Positions 56,999 through 64,000 of a DNA stretch of 64,000 nucleotides are shown here, piece after piece. The notes under the pieces were generated by a model that saw only the letters and a program-made list of their open reading frames with translations, was not told the DNA's origin and did no database searches. Position numbers and translations under genes: made by a program. The number at the start of each line of letters is the position of its first letter. Within the stretch, counting starts at the first letter, position 1. This DNA is from Eledone cirrhosa (Eukaryota): contig OZ024742.1 of NCBI GenBank assembly GCA_964016885.1, forward strand, positions 18,104,001-18,168,000, written 5' to 3'.

Positions 56999-59223
56999 CT
57001 TTTAAGCTATTTTGTAGTATCTCTGTTCAGAAACACACCACTTATATTAAATTTATCTCCCTGGAACTTTGTAAAAGTCTGAGAGATTGGCTACATATAT
57101 GTTTTATATATAAATTTTTTTTTTTTAGATGGAAGACAAAACAAAGAAGATGAATACAAAGTTGAAGAGAAAGATAAAGATGAAGAACCTCACTGCACCG
57201 CACCGCACTGCACCACATCGCAGTGCACCGCACCACACCACACCACACTTCACCACATAAAAACATACAACACTATACCACACCACATAACACCACAACA
57301 CACCACACCTCACCTCACTACATCACACCACATAAAAACACACCTCACTACATCACACCACATAAAAACACACCACACTACTCCACACCACATAACACCC
57401 AAAATTTTTTCCTCATCTGTTTTTCATGTGTTATCAACTAATCCGAACTCCAAGATGTTTGTTATTGACTCTCTCTTCATGGAAAACTTAGGTGGATGCA
57501 CTTCTCTCATTTAACCCCAGAGTTTTTTCTAAGATTTTTCGTATGTTATCAACAAATATGACCTCCAAACCAGTTGGAAATGATTAGTTGTTCTAGGAAA
57601 AAGGAGGGGTAAAGCAGGTGGAAAAACCATTGTCGTTTTGTAGATATATACCCTAATGATTTTTCTTCGGTCTCCTTTTGAGTGCTATCAACTAATCTGA
57701 CCTTTTAGTTGCTCTGAATCAATTTTTTTTTCTGGGATTTGGAAACTAAAACTAAATTAAACATAAAATTAAATCTAGCCCCAACCCTAAACTCTAAATC
57801 TAAACCAAACCAAACTAAATCTAAATATAAACATTACCCCCAACCCTTAAACTAAACCCTAAACTTACCCCAACCATAAAACAAAACCCTAAACATTACC
57901 CCAACCCTAAAACTAGACCCTAAACATTACCCCAAACCTAAAACTAAACCCTAAACTTTACCCCAACCCTAAACATTACCCCAAACCTAAAACTAAACCC
58001 TAAACTTTACCCCAAACCTAAAACTAAACCCTAAACTTACCCCAACCCTAAAACTAGACCCTAAACATTACCCCAACCCTATAACTAAACCCTAAACATT
58101 ATCCTAAACCTAACCCAGGGAAATAAGTTGATTGGAAGCATCTAGGAGGTCAGATTAATTAATAGCACAGGAAATAGCACAGGAAATAGCATAGGAAATA
58201 AATAGCACAGCAAATATACCGAAAATGATTAAGTCCCACAACATGTGAGTGGGGTGTAGATCTGCAAAACTCTTCCCCTCTCCCTCCTCTTTCTCCAAAG
58301 CTAGTTGTTTTTGACTGGTTTGGAAGTCATATTCACTGATAATGCATGAAAATAGAATCAAAGAGAAAATTCCGAGTTAGCAGGGGTTATCCGGGTGAAG
58401 GGGAAACCACCTCACCCTGCCGTTTTCCTGGGGGGGGGGGGGGGGGAGAAAGTCAGTTTCAAGCATCTTGGAGATTGGATTAGTTGATAGCACATGAAAA
58501 ATAGGATGAAAAAATTTCACATCACATCACACCATATCTCACCACATCACGTCTCGTCTCGCCTCATTTCACCACGCCACGCCACGCCACATTTCATCAC
58601 ATCACATTTCACCACGCCACGCCACATTTCATCACATCACATTTCACCACGCCACGCCACATACCATCACACCACATGCTACCACACTACATCCCACCAC
58701 ACTCCACTACACAATATCCCCCACCCTACATTGAACCACACTCCACTACACCACACCACACTACACCACACCAGTCTATTCGACTGTTTTCTATTTCATA
58801 GGTATGTCCAGTTACAGTAAGAGAAAGAAAGTTATTTCAAAGGATCTGAGTAAGTAAACACTTCATTGACCATCATTTTAAGCAGAATCTCAGTGTAGTT
58901 TTAAATAGACCTTTTCATATGATTACACCTCAGTCTTAACTTAATCACCTGTAGATGGATGCTACATGTAATGTTAAAATTAGTTAAACACTGTTTCCCC
59001 CCTTCTCATCATATGTGGATGCTACATGTGTATTGTTAACATTAATCTAACGATGTCTCCCCCTTCCTGCCACACCACATCACACCATGTTGTACCACAC
59101 CAGACCACATAACACCATGCTATACCATATATATATATATATATATATGAGCTCCCCACTCGTTATATTAACTGTATCTCCTCGGTGTTTCGTGAAAGTC
59201 TGAGAGATCAGCTATATATTTGT

Positions 59224-60256
59224 GTGGGCCCCGTTTGTGAGACGAACCTTTCCCAGACTCATCTCACTCACCGAGCTGCAATCTTGGGTCAAGCAAAGAC
59301 CGAGAAAACTGGGCGCCTGGCACACTGAGTGTGCCCAGGCTCTCATGGCCCTCTGGCAGGTGGACCCGGTTATCAGTGGTGACTCCACCGCGACATTCTA
59401 TAGAGGGCTGGTACGCAGCAGGTGCGATGACGTCCTTGGAGAAGCCCTAGACATGGAGGAAGACGAACTGGCCAGCCTGTTCGGTAGGACATTCAGCCCG
59501 GGACCTATGGACAACTTCCAGAAGTCCCTGGCTACCAAGGGGCTCTACCCGTTCGAGAAAAGCTCTACAGACACGGGCGCCCGGGTATGGACCCCGCCAA
59601 AAAGATCTGTCCCAGATGCGTGCGCGACGAGGAAACCGTTGCACACATATAGGTACACTGCTCGGGCGTAGCCGATCTGTGGGGCTATGTCGAATGACTG
59701 CTATCAAGGGTGGGACCGATCCGGTTGACAACCGAGGCCATTGTAATGATTAAGCCGCCCCCCCCCCCCCCCTCAAAAATGAAGGAGAGGCGGTGTTTCT
59801 GTGCGTAATAGCCATGGTGAAAGAGGTTGTATGGTGGACGCGTCTGAAAGGACTCGGGTCAGGCACCTTTCTCTCTGGCCAACAACTGATCCGTTTCTTC
59901 CGATATCATTTCGGAAGAAGGATCAGGATGGAGAGAGATGCTCAACCCCAGTCGTTTTTATGAAAGGTGGGTGAAAGTGACGAGAATGGCCCGTGTGAAT
60001 GGGCCTTCTCTCTATATCAGCCTGTAGGTGAAAAAAAGGAAGGAACGAGGGAGCACCATCTCTCTGTGCTTCTGAGGAGAAGAGGTTGCACACTTTTTTC
60101 GGGGGGGGGGGGGTGCGACGCCCCAAACGCACGCTCCCTATTGAGGACTTTATTGTTAATTTTATATTTATTTGTTTTCTTTACTCGCCTTTTTGTGTAA
60201 ACTCCCCCCTTGTATTTGTCCCCTTCTTTTACACCCTAGTGGCAATAAATAGAAAT
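59224..60256 (+). mobile_element. 5'-truncated L1/Tx1-clade LINE with 12-bp target-site duplication
   Basis: TSD ctatatatttgt at 59212-59223 and 60257-60268; absent from copy A (~7978). Encodes 'ALPVREKLYRHG..CPRCVRDEETVAHI*VHC...LW', a CCHC zinc knuckle of ORF2; AATAAA at ~60244. Confidence 0.85.
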
Positions 60257-63200
60257 CTATATATTTGTTTACAATTTTTTTTTATATTTCGATTGAAAAG
60301 AAGAAAAAGACGACGAAGCAGACGACTAAATTGAAAATGACAACAAAGACAAAGAAGACACGGGAAACGAAGATGACGAAAAGAAGAAGAAAGTATGATC
60401 TCAGTTCAGTCTAAACCTAATGATTTATAGATATGATCTTAGTTCAGCCTTAACCTAATGACCTGTAGATACGATCTATTTAGGTTTAACTTAAACATTC
60501 AAAGATATTTGTATATACTTTTGTTGATGTTTGACATTGTTTTTTAGTTATGAAATAGTTTATAAGCTACATTATAGGATCACAGTGCATGAGCACACTG
60601 CTCTTTAAATTAACTTTATCTCCTCAGCACTTTGTAAAGTCTGAGAGTTAGGCAACATATATGTTTTACCTTATTTGTTTTTGGTATTTAGATGGCAGAG
60701 GAGAAGATAAAGGCACAGAAGACGTCAAAGGCACAGAAGAAGTCAAAGGCACAGAAGCAGTCAAAGGCACAGAAGCAGTCAAAGGCACAGAAGAAGTCAA
60801 AGGCACAGAAGAAGTCAAAGGCACAGAAGAAGTCAAAGGCACAGAAGAAGTCAAAGGCACAGAAGAAAACAAAGGCACAGAAGAAGACAAAGGCACAGAA
60901 GAAGACAAAGAAAATGAACAAGAAGAACAATTATTATTACTATTATTATTGTTATTATTATTTGTATTATTATAATCAAACTAAGCCACACTACATCAAC
61001 CTATACCATACCATACCACACCACACTGACAAACATTATACCATACCACATTATCCAACACCACACTTCGAAACACTGTACGACCTCACATCAGACCATG
61101 CTATGAAACAATATACCATACTACACTATACAACAATAGACAACACCACACAAGACTATGAAACACTATACTTTACCACACTATATCACACCACTCAAGT
61201 TAGAGAGGATCAACTTTTTTCCTGGAAAGTAGAAAACCTAACTTTAAAAATAACTTACCCTAACATTTGCACTCACACATGCTCTAACACTTGCACTCAC
61301 ACATGCTCTAACAGTGAACTTAGCGCTAACATGAAAACTAACACAAACACAAAATCTGAAAACTAACATTAAATAGAAAACTAACACAAACACTAACCTG
61401 AACACTAACACTAAAACTGACACTAACACTAACCTGAACATCAGCACTAAAACTAACACTACCGTAAACACTAATACAAACACTAACACTAACCTGAACA
61501 CTTACACTAAAACTAACATTAGCACAAACATTAGCCTGAACACTAGCACTAAAACTAACACTACCATAAACACTAACACTGACCTGAGCACTAACACTAA
61601 AAGTAACACAAACACTAATCTGAAAACTGATACTAACCAGAAAACTAAGCTAACATTAACTTCAACACTAAAACAAACACTAACGCTAACAGAGATACTA
61701 ACACAAATATTAACACAAAAACAAACACTAACACAATCTCTAACACTAACCTCAACACTAACACTAAAACTAAGATTAACTTGAACGCTAACACTAACCT
61801 GAAAACTAAGCTAACGTTAACGCTAACACTAACACAAACACCCATAAGAGAAATACTAATGCTAACATTAACGCTAACCTTAACGCTAGCCTTAACACTG
61901 AAAACTAAGCTAACATTAACCTGAACACTAACTAAGCTAACATGAACACAAAACTAAGCTAACATTAACCTGAACACTAACACAAACACTCATAACAGAA
62001 ATACTAATGCTAACATTAACGCTAACCTTAACACAAAAACAAAGACTAACGCTAACACAATCACTAACACTAATGGAAACATCTAACACTAATGCTAACA
62101 GAGATACTAACACAAATATTAACACAAAAACAAATACTAACACTGAAACTAACACTAACGTTAACTTGAACGCTAACACTAACCTGAAAACTAAGCTAAC
62201 ATTAACCTAAACACTAACACAAACGCTCATGCTAACACTAACAGAAATACTAATGCTAACATTAACACAAAAACAAAGACTAACGCTAACACAATCACTA
62301 ACACTAATGGAAACATCAATTACTAATGCTAACAGAGATACTAACACAAATATTAACACAAAAACAAACACTAACACAATATCTAACACTAACCTTAACA
62401 CTAAAACTAACATTAACACTAACACTAACCTGAACACTTACACTAAAACTAACATTAACCTAAACACTAGCACTAAAACTAACACTACCATAAACAGTAA
62501 CACGAACACTGATCTGAGCACTAACACTAACATAAAAATTAACACTAAAAAAACCACTAACACTAACACTAACCTGAACACTAACACTAAAACTAACATG
62601 AAAACTGATACTAACCAGAAAACTAAGCTAACATTAACCTCAACACTAAAACAAACACTAACATTAACAGAAAAACAAAGACTAGCACTATCACTAATGG
62701 AAACACTAACACAAACATTAACACAAAATAAAACACTAACACTAATGGAAAAAATAACACTAACACTAAAACTAACACTACCGTAAACACTAACCTGAAC
62801 ACTAACACTAAAACTGACATTAACACGAACATTAACCTGAACACTAACACTACCACTAAAACTAATACTACCATAAACCACTAACCTGAGCACTAACACT
62901 AAAAGTAACACGAGCCCTAATCTGAAAACAAACACTACCCAGAAAACTAAGTCAACATTAACCTGAACACGAACACTAACCTGAACACTAACACTAACAA
63001 AAATGTTAACACTAATACAAAATCAAACACGAACACTAATGGAAACACTAACACTAACGCCAACGCTGACACTGACGAAGATGGCTATGCTGGCACAAAC
63101 GCTAGCGCAAATGTTGACACAATCGCTTACGCTGACACAAACACTAACGTGAATACTGATGCAGGTGCAAAGACGAATGCTGACAAAGACTGACGCACAC

Positions 63201-64000
63201 GCTGATGTAAATGCTACACAGACTCTAACGCTGACGTGGACACTGACACAAATGCTCACGCTGATGCAAACACTAAAGCAAATGCAGACACTAATGCAAA
63301 CACAGACGCAAATGTTGATGCAGATGTTAAAGCAAACGCAAACGATGACAGCGATGCTAATGTGAACCTTAATGCAGACGTAAACATTGGTGTAGAAGCT
63401 AAAGGAAACACTGATGCAAACACTAATGAAAATGCTGACACAGATGCTAACACACTTTAACACAGATGCTAACGTAAACACTGACGCAGACGCTAATATA
63501 AACACTGACGCAGATGCTAATATAAACACTGACGCAGACGCTAACATAAACGCTGACACAGATGCTAACACACGTTGACACAGACGCAAACGTAAATGAT
63601 GACGTAGTAGCTAACGTAAATGCTGACACAGACGCAAATGTAAACGCTGACACTGATGTAGATGTAAATGCAGACGCTGACGTAGAAGCTAACACAAACG
63701 CTGACGACACTAATGTAAGCGCTGACGTAGAAGCTGATGTAGATGCTGATGTAGAAGCTAAAGTAAATGATGACGTAGTTGTTACGTAGATGCAGGCGTA
63801 GAAGTTAGCGTTGACCCCTACCGTCGAAGCTGATCTCCAAAACGCAATTGCTGATGCGGATTGCTGAAGCCAAAGCCAAGCTAACGCTGACGCAAATGTT
63901 GAGGCAGTTTTGCCGGCGCTGACGTGTATGCTGACACTAACGCAAATGCTGATGCGGACGCTAGGGCTAAGGCTAACGCTAATGCTGATGCAAATGCTGA

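Larger units (their letters stand above)
53340..64000 (+). repeat. Segmental duplication, copy B (with private RTE and L1/Tx1 insertions); runs off the right edge
   Basis: Same anchors as copy A, in the same order and orientation. Confidence 0.95.

Noticed and set aside
59222-59671. Novel stand-alone 149-aa gene
   Set aside because: It lies within a TSD-flanked LINE insertion and shifts frame into the ORF2 CCHC knuckle.

Overview
Eukaryotic, repeat-dominated animal DNA, most likely an octopod cephalopod. That is an inference from the SINE/RTE families and the (TA)n, (CACAC)n and (ACTAAC)n landscape. No intact cellular protein-coding gene can be supported. Layout: a decayed Gypsy LTR retrotransposon on the minus strand (1-3525, with 5' LTR and tRNA-Trp PBS); copy A of a large segmental duplication (3526-~11670) containing a Penelope remnant, splice-acceptor-led acidic exon-like cassettes and an Ala/Asp/Asn/Val dipeptide-repeat region; a mosaic of SINEs, LINEs (RTE, CR1/L2-like), a mariner remnant, MITEs and several long palindromes (12.9-26.8 kb); a ~26 kb satellite (26949-52910) whose ~100 bp monomer is a miniature Tc1/mariner-type inverted-repeat element separated by variable (TA)n, with higher-order repeats and possible Helitron-like ends; and copy B of the duplication (53340-64000), carrying RTE and L1/Tx1 insertions absent from copy A. 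Nearly all ORFs in the supplied track are by-products of simple repeats.
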